46,939 bases of DNA from Prorocentrum cordatum (Eukaryota). Shown piece after piece: positions 12,811 through 24,720 of the stretch. Position numbers and translations under genes: made by a program. The notes below the pieces were generated by a model that worked only from the letters and a program-made list of their open reading frames with translations, had not been told where the DNA came from and did no database searches. The stretch spans positions 620,001-666,939 of the forward strand of contig CAUYUJ010000170.1 of the NCBI GenBank assembly GCA_963575745.1, written 5' to 3'. Each line of letters starts with the position of its first letter. The stretch's first letter is position 1.

Positions 12811-13574
12811 TGGAGGAGGAGGATGATGAGGAGGAGGAGGAGGGAGAAGCGGGAGGATGAGGAGGAGGAGGAGGAGGAGGAGGGAGAGGAGGAGGAGGGA
12901 GAGGGCGAGGGCGAGGAGGAGGAGGAGGAGGACAAAGGCGAGGAGGAGAAGAGGAGGAGGAGGAGGAGGAGGAACAGGAGGATGAGGAGGACGAGGGCGA
13001 GGAGGAAGAGGAGGAGGACGAGGAGGAGGAGGCGGAGGAGGAGGAGGAGGAGGGCGAGGAGGAGGAGGAAGATGAGGAGGACGAGAGCGAGGGCGAGGAG
13101 GAGGAGGACAAGGACGAGGAGGAGGAGGAAGAGGGCGAGAAGGATGATGATGCTGATGATGCTGCTGCTGATGATGATGATGATGACGATGATGATGATG
13201 ATGCTGATGATGATGCTGCTGATGATGATGACGATAAAGACTATGATGGTGATGGTGACTGTGATTGTAGTGATGATGCTGATGATGCTGATGATGATGG
13301 TGATGCTATTGATGCTGCTGATGCTGATGCTACTGCTGATGATTATGATGCTGATTCTGCTGATGATGCTGCTGATGATGATGCTGCTGATGATGCTGAT
13401 GATGATGCTGATGCTGCTGCTGATGATGACGATGATGATGATACTGCTGATGCTGATGCTGCTGCTGATGATGATGATGCTGCTGATGATGATGGTGGTG
13501 GTGGTTGTGGTGATGCTGCTGCTGATGATGCTGATGCTGCTGATGCTGCCAATGATGACAGTGATGATGATGAC

Positions 13575-13635
<61 letters not shown>

Positions 13636-14012
13636 GTGTTGGTGGTGATGATGATGATGCTGATGATGATGCTGATGATGTTGCTGATGCTGCTGCTGAT
13701 GATGATGATTCGTTATGCTGCTGTTGCTGATGTTGCTGATACTGATGATGATTATGATGATGATGATGATGATGATGATGCTGATGCTGATGCTGATGCT
13801 GCTGCTGATGGTGATGATGATGAGGATCATGCTGATGATGCTGCTGCTGATGCTGATGCTGATGATGAAGATGAGGATGCTGATGGTGATGATGACGATG
13901 ATTATGATGATGATGCTGATACTGATCATGATTATGATGATGATGATGATGTTGATGATGACGATGACGATGACGATGACGATGGCGATGATGATGATGA
14001 TGATGATGATGT

Positions 14013-14056
<44 letters not shown>

Positions 14057-14108
14057 ATGATGATGATGATGCTGATGATGATGATGATGATGATGATGCT
14101 GATGATGC

Positions 14109-14145
<37 letters not shown>

Positions 14146-14836
14146 CACCATCATGCTGCTGATGATGATGAGGAGTTGGAGGAGGAGGAGGAGGAGGAGG
14201 AGGAGGAGGGGGAGGAGGAGGACGAGGGCGAGGAGGAGGAGGAACTGGAGGAGGAGGAGGAGGAGGAGGAGGAGGAGGAGGAGAGGACGAGAAGGAGGAG
14301 GAGGAGGATGAGGATGAGGATGAGGATGAGGATGATGATGCTGATGCTGATGCTGTTGATGATGATGCTGATACTGCTGATGATGCTGATGCTGATGATG
14401 ATGCTGATAATGATGATGCTGAGGCGGATGATCATTAATATGATGATGATGCTGATGATGGTGAGGATGCTGATACAGATGCTGATGATGATGATGATGC
14501 GGATGATGATGCTTTTGATGCTGCTGCTGACGATGCTGATGATGACGATGATGACGATGACGATCACGATGGCGCCGACCATTCTGATGATGCTGATGAT
14601 GCTGATGATGATGCTGCTGATGACGATTATGATGCTGATGCTGATGAGGCTGATGCTGATGCTGATGCTGATGATGATGACCATGATGATGATGTTGATG
14701 ATGATGATGCTGATGATGATGATGATGATGATGATGCTGATGATGCTAATGCTGATGCTGATGCTGATGATGCTGATGCTGATGGTGATGATGCTGATGC
14801 TGATGCTGATGCTGCTGCTGCTGATGATGAGGATGC

Positions 14837-14868
<32 letters not shown>

Positions 14869-14900
14869 CTCGTGATGATGATGCTGATAATGATGATTTC

Positions 14901-14940
<40 letters not shown>

Positions 14941-15018
14941 CTGCTGCTGCTGATGATGATGATGATGCTGATGCTGATGATGATGATGATGCTGCTGATG
15001 ATGATGATGATGATGATC

Positions 15019-15064
<46 letters not shown>

Positions 15065-15139
15065 CGCTGATGATGATGATGATGATGATGATGTTGATGC
15101 TGATGATGATGCTGATGATGATGCTGATGCTGGTGATGG

Positions 15140-15183
<44 letters not shown>

Positions 15184-15247
15184 CTGATAATGATTATGAT
15201 GATGATGCTGATGATGTTGATGCTGATGATGATGATGATGATGATGC

Positions 15248-15291
<44 letters not shown>

Positions 15292-15553
15292 TGATTGAGT
15301 ATGTTGTGGTGGTGTAGTGATGATGATGATGAAGGATGATGATGCTAGATGATGCTGATGATGATGATGATGATGATGATGCTTATGAATTTGTTCAAGA
15401 TGATGATGGTGTGTGGTGGTAGTGATGATGACTGATGGTGATGATGATGATGATGATGAGATGATGAGGATGATGATAGATTATGATGATGGTGCTTCTG
15501 CTGCTGCTTGATGATGATGAGGATGCTGATGATGAGGATGATGAGGATGATGA

Positions 15554-15588
<35 letters not shown>

Positions 15589-15968
15589 TACTGATGAGGA
15601 TGGAGGAGGATTAGGAGGTCAGGAGAGGGGAGGAGGCGGAGGAGAAGGAGGAGGGACAAAAAAGGGAGAGAGAGGAGGAGGAGGACAACGGAGGAGGAGG
15701 CAGGAGGAGGAGGAGAAGGAGGAGGACGAGAGGGGACGGAGCAGGAGAGAGGAGGAGGAGAGGATATGGAGGAGGACAGGAAACAGGATGTGATGTCGAG
15801 GATGCGAGGAGGACAGGAGGAGGAGGAGGCGGAGGAGGAGGGAGGAGAAGGATGAGGGAGGAGGAGAGGGCGATGGAGAGGCAGGATGAGAGGAGGAGGA
15901 TGAAATGGAAGGGGGTTTATAGGGATGATGAGGATGATTGATGATGATGATGATGAATGATGATGATG

Positions 15969-16034
<66 letters not shown>

Positions 16035-16154
16035 CTGATGCTGATGATGATGCTGATGATGATGATGAGGAGGAGGAGGAGGAGGTGGATATTGATGATG
16101 ATGCTGATGCTGATGATGACGACGACGATGACGATGATGATGAGGATGAGGATG

Positions 16155-16185
<31 letters not shown>

Positions 16186-16266
16186 GGAGGAGGAGGAGGA
16201 GGAGGATGATGATGATGATGATTATGGTGTTGTTGTTGATGATGATGATGGCCATGATGATGCTGC

Positions 16267-16311
<45 letters not shown>

Positions 16312-16312
16312 C

Positions 16313-16364
<52 letters not shown>

Positions 16365-16601
16365 CTGATGCTGATGCTGATGCTGATTCTGCTGATGATG
16401 CTGCTGCTGATGATGATACTGATGATACTGAGGAGGAGGAGGAGGAGGAGGAGGAGGAGGAGGAGGAGGAGGAAGAAGGGGAGAAGGAGGAGGAACAGGA
16501 GGAGGAGGAGGAGGAGGAGGAGGACGAGGAGGAGGATTCGAGGAGGAGGAGGAGGAGGAGGGAAAGGAGGAGGAAGATGAGGAGGAGGAGCAGGAGGAGG
16601 A
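12811..16601. repeat. Very long compound (GAG)/(GAT)/(GCT) trinucleotide array, left of the LINE
   Basis: Directly visible. Confidence 0.98.
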
Positions 16602-16704
16602 TTTTTTGGCACGGCCATGACTGACACAGCGTTGGTGCCAGTTGAAAGGGCCTCTGGCGGTGACTGAGCGGGACGGGCCGCACGGACACGGAAGGCGCCA
16701 GAGG

Positions 16705-17660
16705 TCAATCGGAGTCGCCAGACTCCACGGTGCTTACACGAGCAGCTTGCAAGGTAGCCTCGTCCTCCTCTTGGTGAATAGACGTGCTCGCACGCCTCGA
16801 CTGCTCTCGCTCGGACGCCTCACCCTCTTCGTGGGGAAAGGCGCCCTGCTCTGCACCTGGCCCTTCTTGTGGGGCAAAAAGAGAAAGACCTTCGAGGTGG
16901 CCCGCAGCTCCGATGGTACCAGACGACGACGACAGGTCGACGACTCGATCTCTCTGCTGGGCGCACTCAAGAAGGGGCTCCACAACTGGAGCCTGATCGG
17001 CAAAATGCCTTGTATGCTGGACTTCATGGTCCCCAGCAGCAGCGACGATGGCCGACGACGAAGACGACTGGTCGACGACAGTATCGTGCTGCTGGGGATA
17101 CTCGCCCACCGCCTGTAGGTCCTCAGGAGACGCCTCAATCACGACTCCGTCGATCTTGGGATGCCGTCCCTTGAGCACTCGATACTTCCAACGCTCGAAA
17201 TTGTTCCTCGTTCGGGCCCTGCAAACCTTAGCAAGCAGCGCGAGGGGGCCCAACGTAGATATCGCTTTGACCTAACGCAAATGAAAAGCTGAGACCGATC
17301 GCTGCAATCGAAACTCAACAGCATGTGGCCTCTGGCGGCCACCTGGAGCAGCGACTCTGGTATCTTCCCCGTGCAACCTCCATTTGAGGGCACGTCGCTC
17401 TCACCGAAAACGAAGTCAGGGCTGGGCCGACGTATCTTGAGGCATACAGCACACCTCCAGTATGACCTATGCCATTCCCATTCGTGCTCAAAAGTTTCAG
17501 GGCCCGCGGGCTTCTGGCGGGGCTCTCTGGGGTTCAAGTGGACTCCCGTGAGATCCAGGGCGGGCCACTTGGGCAGTAAACGGGCCGCAAGCTTGCAAAC
17601 CGCACGAGAAACCTTGACTTTCCTGTCTACTTCATCAAGCTCAGCCTTGGAGCCTGTGGG
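16705..17660 (-). pseudogene. LINE ORF2, C-terminal Cys/His-rich extension
   Basis: HEWEWHRSYWRCAVC...GHMLLSFDC...FICVR, a frameshift near 17260, then LAKVC...VLKGRHPK and a low-complexity tail to TGA at 16705. Homologous by eye to the fragment at 29782. Confidence 0.7.
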
Positions 17661-19200
17661 GTGGGCGAGCAGTCCTAGACGTGCGGCACGATCGGCCGCA
17701 TCATTCCCGAATTTCTCTCAGCGTTCCTGGGCAGTTTAATCAGGACTGTCAGCCACATGCGCTTTAACTTTCCTAACGGCAGACAGGTCACACGAATGGG
17801 CAAATAACATGGTGCCCGAATACATTTTCTTATAGGAGAACCTGGCCTCAGGAGGAAGCGCGAAGGTGCTGACCACATTCGCGCAATCCGAAAAACCTTC
17901 CGAGGGGCCTCCAAGGTTCTGTGAGACCATGGCGAGGGCCGCAAACTCTCCAGCTTGGGGGGTCTGAGGGAGCGGAGCCCATATAGGCCCACACACCGAG
18001 CAGGTCTCCTGAGCATCCTGGGTGACCTGTACATAGCCCCAAGCGGCCCTACTCAGCTCCTTGATAGGGTGTCTGGTGCAGGACCCGTCCATGAACATAT
18101 ATCCCTTGACCTGGCCAGGATCTACGACGTCTCCTGTTCCTTCGGGCGTGTGAGTGATAATACCACCTTGCTGTCGTGGGCGTGGTAGCACATCTCCAGG
18201 GTGTTCAAACAGCCCCTTAGAGAAAAGCAGTGTTTCCTTAGCGTCCGATCGATCGATGCTCCTTGCCTGGGTGATCAATTCGTCATCGTCGATCAAATCC
18301 CTCCTATCATCGTCGACCGCACTGCACTCCCACAGACGGTGGAAGATCGTGTCACGCGCTCCGCAGCCTAAAGGACACTGAGCTGATGGCAGAGCGTACC
18401 CCAAGTCGAGCGCACGCTCGTTGGTCCACACCGCTCCGCACACCAGCGACTTGATACAACCCTTCTCGTAGTATGTATACCGTGACGAACGAAGCTGTGA
18501 CGACACCACATCATAACATACTCGACAAGTTACATCGTGAACTCTACCTGCATCCACTCCGAGCTGTCTCAAAACTCCATCATGCAACATCTGTTTAATG
18601 AGCGCTGGGGGACATGTCGTTAAGATTATGTCTTCTCCGAAATCGTTGACCAAGACGCAGAAACCCTTCATGTCCCATTGGATCCTGAGGAGGCTGAGGC
18701 GGAGCGCTGAAAGGGGACCCGTGACCTTCTTCCAGGCGGGCTCTTCTTTGGGGACCCCGTGCGCCGGCCCCCGAGCTTCCCTCAAAACGCCGAACGACAA
18801 AGTCTTAGGCGAGGATCTAACTTGGTTCGAGAAGACCTCCTTAGCGTAGCGCACCACTGGTGCCACTGATCCATACCACGATGGATCACCGTGCAACAAC
18901 AACAGAGAGGTGAAGGACCTCATGCCTGCAGACGGCCGTGAGACAGAGCCCACAGCACGACGAGCAGTCGCCAACTCGTGATCAGACTGACCGTGCACTT
19001 CAGCTCCATAAGACAGGCCTGCTAGAGGTCCACTCGTGAACATACTTCGGCAGTGCTTGCCCAGCACCTGCTTGACTCGCTTGAAACGTTTCGTTCTCTT
19101 CTAGGAGACGGCTGCTCTCTTCTGCTGCTTCTGTCCTCGTCCCTTTCTCCTCCTGCTCTTCCCTGCCGTATCATCGATGCCCAAGTTCACTGCAGACTCC
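17660..19200 (-). pseudogene. LINE ORF2, CCHC zinc knuckle followed by RNase H domain
   Basis: CPLGCGARDTIFHRLWEC; then FMDGSC...AAWG, QTPQAGEFAAL, FSDCANVV, KVKAHV; GNDAADRAA follows in the same frame after two nonsense codons (about 17736 and 17718). Confidence 0.88.
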
Positions 19201-20850
19201 ACAAGAGGCTCCACCGTGCTCGCCTAGAGCTTGCCTGATGGCTTCTCCAGTCTTGTGGGATGAACATATGACCGACGCTTTGTCCTGGGCAACTTGTACG
19301 CGCATCTCTTCAGTGAGTCCAACGTATAGCTGTGCCGCCGTGTGAATAATATCATGTGCTACTTGCTTGGGCTTACCTGTGGACGACATGCCATAATCAT
19401 CGATATATATGTCCAAGGGCGTGCGGGGCGGGAAAGTGATGCAGTCTACTGTGGGAATGGCGTACGCTCTAATATAAGTGGTCGCCAAAGAACAGCCTGC
19501 GATAACTCCTGAAGAGGCAAAGTGAGGGCCATGCACCATGCTGGCCATCGCCAAGAAGCGTGGACCCTTGTACGCGGCGATGCTTACACGGTGCAGCTGC
19601 TTCGGTAACGCTAGCAGCTCGCATCTATCTCCCAGGATGGACATCGCAATAGTCTCGTAGTACTTCAGGAGGTCCCAGAGAACCGTACAGGCCACCGTCT
19701 TTTCTTCTTTCTTGGGCGTTCCCTTGAGGCTCTTGGACTGCTTATGGGGCCCTGTACGAACAGCTTTTTCAGACCTCGCCGCTTGCCTCCAGACCATGTC
19801 CGAAGCTCCCGAGAAGGGCCCCGCCGCCAAGTACGGGCGCCAATTGGAAGCCCCCCAAGACGCCGCAATGGGTCTCCGAAGCTTGCCCCAACAGCGATAA
19901 CAACTACTGAACAACCCAATAGGTCTCCAACCTCCTGCAGGTTTGGCTAAAAGCGGGGCCACAATCGTACGGACCTGATTCGGCAGGATGGAGGTCGCCT
20001 CCATGACGGCATATAAAGACATCAATGCCAGCAAGCCTTGATCAGAGATGCTGCTGAAGTGGCGCGTGTGGAAGCCGTCCACGGAGGTCGCGGACGTGAG
20101 CTTATACCGATGCGATACTGCCCTCATCTCTGGTGGCGGCGCAAAATCGAGGGGCTGAATGTACTCAACTTGTTCGGGCAACTCTGGCGTCTTGGAGGCC
20201 TGCCAAAGCTTGCCAACCTTCTGGGCCTCAGAGGCCAACATCGATTTGGGGTCCGCCAGCGCAGCCCCTTGGGCCGAGAGGGTGGCAGTGGGTTGCCACG
20301 CTTTGGGGAGACGAGTCCACGCATGAGCTGTCCCCGCCCTTTTATCAACCCCATCGCATAACCAGGCCTTCCAAGACTTCTGAGCCCCCGACTTAGCCTT
20401 CAAAGAGTACGCCCCTAAGTCCTCGGAGATCTTATCTAAGATGCTGCAGCCCAGATCTAACTCCCCAAGAACCTCCGAGACCTCGAAGACCTTATCTATG
20501 TCCTGAACCTGGATAAAGCCTTTGATGCAGTCATAAGTCTCTGAGAACTCTTCCAAGTGTCGGCCTATGCAGGCCGGAGGATCGGCTAGGCAAGCACGTG
20601 CGCCACGAAGCTGGCGGAGCACACGAGAGCGCGCTGGCGTGGGGACTGTCGGTGTCGGTCCTGGCGGAGCTTGGCTCTCAAAAAGCATATCGGATTGCGG
20701 CAGCCATGCCGACGCCCCAACTTCGGAAGCTGGAGCCTCCGTCGCCGCCGAAACGTCCAGGGCGTGCAGCAGGCTGATAAAAAGACGGAACGTGCTCTCC
20801 AACCAGCGCAGCGTGAACAGAGCAGGTTGCCTGACGTCTTTCCTTTTGTC
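19200..20850 (-). pseudogene. LINE ORF2, reverse transcriptase region
   Basis: Non-LTR RT motifs SVDGF, LLAKPAGGWRPIGLF, VLWDLLKYYETI, SGVIAGCSLA, IYIDD, QDKASVI. After a frameshift near 19205 it continues as SAVNLGID. Confidence 0.93.
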
Positions 20851-21830
20851 TACTTCTAGCTGACCTCCAAATCAACTTGGGCAACCTGCCCCTCGTACCT
20901 AACAGCGGGATGTCGATCTGTCGACTGGCAATCAACTCTTTTTCTGCTGTGTTGGCCCAAATCTTGTAGGCCAAATTCATGTGCCTCTGAATCTTATTAC
21001 GTGGGGCTCCTTCGCGAACCAGTGAGAGCCCGTAAGTGGCGCAATCCAGGGCGTCGTCCCAAGACGGGGGCTTAGGGCAAGGACCTATAGGGCGCTGCGC
21101 GGGTATCACTGGAGGCTTGGAGAACGTGAGGAACTTAATGTCCGCGAGGGTGGGGTGGAACTTAATTTGGACGGGCGTGTGAGTCTTCAGATCGCTCTCC
21201 AAAATCATCCTGGTGGACTGGGTACCCTTCGACAGGCCTCCCGAGACCACCATGTAGTCTAACAGCCTGACCGTGCTCGAGGCCGTCGTTGCACACGTGC
21301 CCTTCACTTCTGGGTACACTATGCGACTGAATAAACTGCCTGCCAAGTCACATTCATGTAGCTCAGCTGGCTCCATGTTGAAGTCGCCTCCGATGATGTG
21401 AGGCTTGCGGTAGCTCTGCGCCACTGCCCCGATCATGGCCAAAATCTTGAGGTTCTCAGCGGAGAGCCCCTCGGAGTTGCGCAAGTAGGTCGAGATGCAA
21501 AGTATCGATTCACCTCCAGGAATCTGCACCCAACAACCGACAGCTCTTGCATTGTATATTTCGTGGCCAGCCTCCAGGTCGTAGCATCCCAGAAACGAAC
21601 GGACGAAGATCGCCACCACGCCCGAAGTTCCTGAGCCTACTCCAGCCTCAGCCGCCACGCACCGAGACCTCCAGCCTTGCTTGAGGGCCCAGCTGGAGGC
21701 CTCTTCAATTTGGTCGTCGAGGACCAACTTGTGCTCTTGCATCAAGATAATATGTGCTTCAGAACGTTGCAGCCAGGGCTTAGCCGATCCCCGGGAGGTG
21801 ACGTTGGCCGTCTCCACAACCAACTCAAAA
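20850..21830 (-). pseudogene. LINE ORF2, apurinic-type endonuclease (APE/EEP) region
   Basis: Motifs ETANVTS, IILMQEHK, GVVAIFV, ISTYL, IIGGDFNMEP, LLDYMVVS, SDLKTHTPV. Frameshifts into the RT frame at about 20830-20870. Confidence 0.9.
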
Positions 21831-22085
21831 CTTTCCAGTCCAGGGCTGCCTAGACGCAGAAACTCACCCAGGGGCTCGGAGCCTGGCTCGGGGGGCGGAA
21901 AACGGCACAGCCGATTTGAAAGCTGGTGCGCCTCTGCAGGGTCTGGCGCACGCCGACTCTCTGCAGGAGGCGCTTCTGCACTCGCAAAAAGGTGCCCCTC
22001 TGGGGGGGGGGCTATCAGATGAGGTAGAAGATGCTGATGCTCAGGCCCAACAGCTGGCCCATCTGGTTGCCGTCCCCCTGCGCGC

Positions 22086-23231
22086 TCATGCGGATGCCGC
22101 TGCAGCCTGCTCTGGTGCAGGGGGAGGTGCCTGGGACGCTGCACGTCGAGCTCGCTCCCTGACGTTCTCGCCCCCTCCAGCAGCCCCAGCTGTGCCCGTG
22201 CACGAGGATCCCGAAGCTGGAGCTCCTGTCCGTGGAGCTGCCGTCGCTGCTGCCCCCTGTGCTGCATCTCCTCCACCTGCAGCTTGGTCCTCTTCTTCTG
22301 CTGCTTTACTTCGTTTCCTCCCCAATCTTTCCATGTGCTGCGCGTGCTGCTGCTTGATAGTGTCCAACTGGCTGATGATACCGCCGAAGGCTTCCTTGGT
22401 GACCCTGGCGATGTGTGCCTTGAACTCGTTCGTTCTGTCGCGCAGAATCTGCTTGTCGCCCTCTGTGACAACGTACTCGTCCTCAGGCACGCTGAAGATC
22501 TCCCCCGCGTCCACGAACTCGAGACAGTCCAACTTGCCGTCCACAATATCGCGAAGCCTGAGCCCAGCAGGCTGAGGAGCAACCACCTTCTTATCGCACA
22601 CTGAGCTGTGTAGCTGGTCCACCAAAGCTTTGTGCTGCGCATCGGCCTCCTCGAGCTCGCTCGAGAGCTGTTGGACAACTGTGGCCTTCTCTTGACACCA
22701 GGCTCTCCACTTCTCCAAACTTGTCGATTTCACCGTTGAGCTTCTTCTCGAGGAACTGAACTCGCTGATGGGCTGCGGTGGCCCTCTGCTGGAGCGGCTT
22801 CTCCTCTGGCACTTTGCTGGCCGCGCGGAACCGCTCCAGCGCGACATTGTACTGGCTGGCTGCGGCCACATCACCAAAACGATTGGCCAAGGACACCATG
22901 CGCTCGAGCTCCTCCTCGCTGAGCGCGGTTCTGGCTGCAGGGCTGGCGGCCCGTTCGCCCAAGCTCCCAAACGGTCGAGCTCGGGATCACTGGGCTCGGG
23001 CCTCGGCGCCTTGCAGTGCTTGCAGAACCAGTAACTCCCCAAGTTCTTTCCACAGAGACATTGCCCGCACTTCCAGAAGGTCTGCTGCTGGTTGCCTTGG
23101 CCTGAACGGCCTCCGGCTCCTTTTCCATAGCCTTTGTTGCCCTTGTCGTTCCCCGTGTAACTCCAGCCTGCGTACCATGCGTCGTTGCGCTCGTTGGCGC
23201 GGCGCTGCCATGGCGGCGTGGCTGGGGCCAT
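22086..23231 (-). CDS. LINE ORF1 protein (381 aa) with RanBP2-like zinc finger and predicted coiled-coil
   Basis: Intact ATG-TGA ORF near the element 5' end. Motif WKCGQCLCGKNLGSYWFCKHCKAPRP. Helical E/K/Q-rich segment (VVQQLSSELEEADAQHKALVDQLH). Confidence 0.8.
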   Translation of the reverse strand: MAPATPPWQRRANERNDAWYAGWSYTGNDKGNKGYGKGAGGRSGQGNQQQTFWKCGQCLCGKNLGSYWFCKHCKAPRPEPSDPELDRLGAWANGPPALQPEPRSARRSSSAWCPWPIVLVMWPQPASTMSRWSGSARPAKCQRRSRSSRGPPQPISEFSSSRRSSTVKSTSLEKWRAWCQEKATVVQQLSSELEEADAQHKALVDQLHSSVCDKKVVAPQPAGLRLRDIVDGKLDCLEFVDAGEIFSVPEDEYVVTEGDKQILRDRTNEFKAHIARVTKEAFGGIISQLDTIKQQHAQHMERLGRKRSKAAEEEDQAAGGGDAAQGAAATAAPRTGAPASGSSCTGTAGAAGGGENVRERARRAASQAPPPAPEQAAAASA

Positions 23232-23338
23232 CCTGGCGACAGGAAGGCGGGGATGCTTGCAACTGAATCTGGCTCGCCTGTGCAGCGTGCCGTTTTGAAG
23301 TTCGCACAGGCAAGGCCCCCGCTCTCGGATCTAGCGGT

Positions 23339-23355
23339 CTGGGCCCAAAACGGCT
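23339..23355 (-). other. Spliced-leader-like motif at the exact 5' end of the LINE
   Basis: Minus strand AGCCGTTTTGGGCCCAG vs DinoSL 3' part AGCCATTTTGGCTCAAG: 13/17 ungapped, starting at the first base inside the TSD. Confidence 0.6.
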
Positions 23356-23499
23356 GGAGCAGGAGGAGGAGGGCGAGGAGGAGGAGGAGGAGGACGAGGG
23401 CGAGGAGGAGGAGGAGGGCGAGGACGAGGACGAGGAGGAGGAGGAGGAGAAGGAGGAGGAGGACGAGGGCGAGGAGGAGGAGGAAGAGGAGGAGTAGAG

Positions 23500-23572
<73 letters not shown>

Positions 23573-23574
23573 GA

Positions 23575-23608
<34 letters not shown>

Positions 23609-24720
23609 GGTGGTGATGATGATGATGCTGATGCTGATGCTGATGCTGATGCTGATGATGATGATGATGATGATGATGATGACGACGACGACGATGATGA
23701 TGATGATGCTGATGCTGCTGCTGATGATGATGATGATGAAGAAGAAGATGATGATGATGATGATGATGATGATGCTGATATATTATGATGATGGTGATGA
23801 TGATCGATGTGATGATGATGACGACGATGATGCTGCTGATGATGAAGATGATGATGATGATGCTTTATGATGATGATGATGCGATTGATGATGATGATGA
23901 TTCCGATGACGGGATGATGATGATGATGATGATTATGATATGAGATGATGATGATGATGATGTTGGTGATATGATGATGACTATGATGATGAGAATGATT
24001 ATGATGATGATGATGAGATGATATGATGATGATGCTGCTGCTGCTGTGATGATGATGATGATGATGATGATGGTGGTGATGATGATGAGGATGAGATGCT
24101 ATGATGATGATGATTGATGATGATGATGATGATGATATTATGTGCTGATGATGATTGATGTGATGATGATATGATGATGATATGATGATTATGTGATGAT
24201 GATGATGATGATGATATGATGATGATGATGATTATGATGATTGATGATGATGATGCTGATGATGATGATGATGATGATGGGGAGGAGGAGGAGGAGGAGG
24301 AGAGGAGGAGGAAAGATGAGAGGAGGAGGGTGGTTGGTGGTGGTGGTGGTGGTGGTGGTGGTGGTGTGGTGGTGGTGGTGGTGTAGGAGGAGGAGGAGAG
24401 GATGAGGAAGGGAGGATGAGGAGGATAGGAGGATGAGTGAGGAGGAAAGGAGGGGATGATGAGGAGGAGGGGAGGAGGAAGAAGGAGGAGGAGGAGAGGA
24501 GGAGGGGAGAGGAGGAGGAGGGGAGGAGAGGGGAGGAGGAGGAGTGAGGAGGAGGAGGAGGAGGAGGAGGAGGAGTTGGAGGAGGAGGGAGGAGGAAGGA
24601 GGAGGACGAGGAGGGAGGAGGACGAGGACGAGGACGAGGACGAGGAGGAGGAGGAGGAGGAGGAGGAGGAGGAGGAGGGAAAGGAGGAGGAGGAGGAGGA
24701 GGAGGAGAAGGAGGTGCAGG
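23356..24720. repeat. Continuation of the compound (GAG)/(GAT) array, right of the LINE
   Basis: Directly visible. Confidence 0.98.

Larger units (their letters stand above)
16602..23355 (-). mobile_element. Full-length, inactivated non-LTR (LINE) retrotransposon: ORF1 + ORF2 (APE-RT-CCHC-RNase H)
   Basis: Identical 15-bp TSD GGAGCAGGAGGAGGA at 16587-16601 and 23356-23370. A6 tail at 16602-16607 (T6 on +). Ordered retrotransposon domains on the minus strand. About 3 frameshifts and 2 in-frame stops in ORF2. Confidence 0.95.

Noticed and set aside
12823..16624. Long poly-M/D/E/R/I ORFs (e.g. 823 aa)
   Set aside because: Stop-free frames of (GAT)/(GAG) microsatellites with no domain content; the same applies to similar ORFs throughout the window.
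16905..17105. Degenerate ~135-bp internal duplication in the LINE tail
   Set aside because: Real but lies in a low-complexity protein tail; no evidence of separate function.
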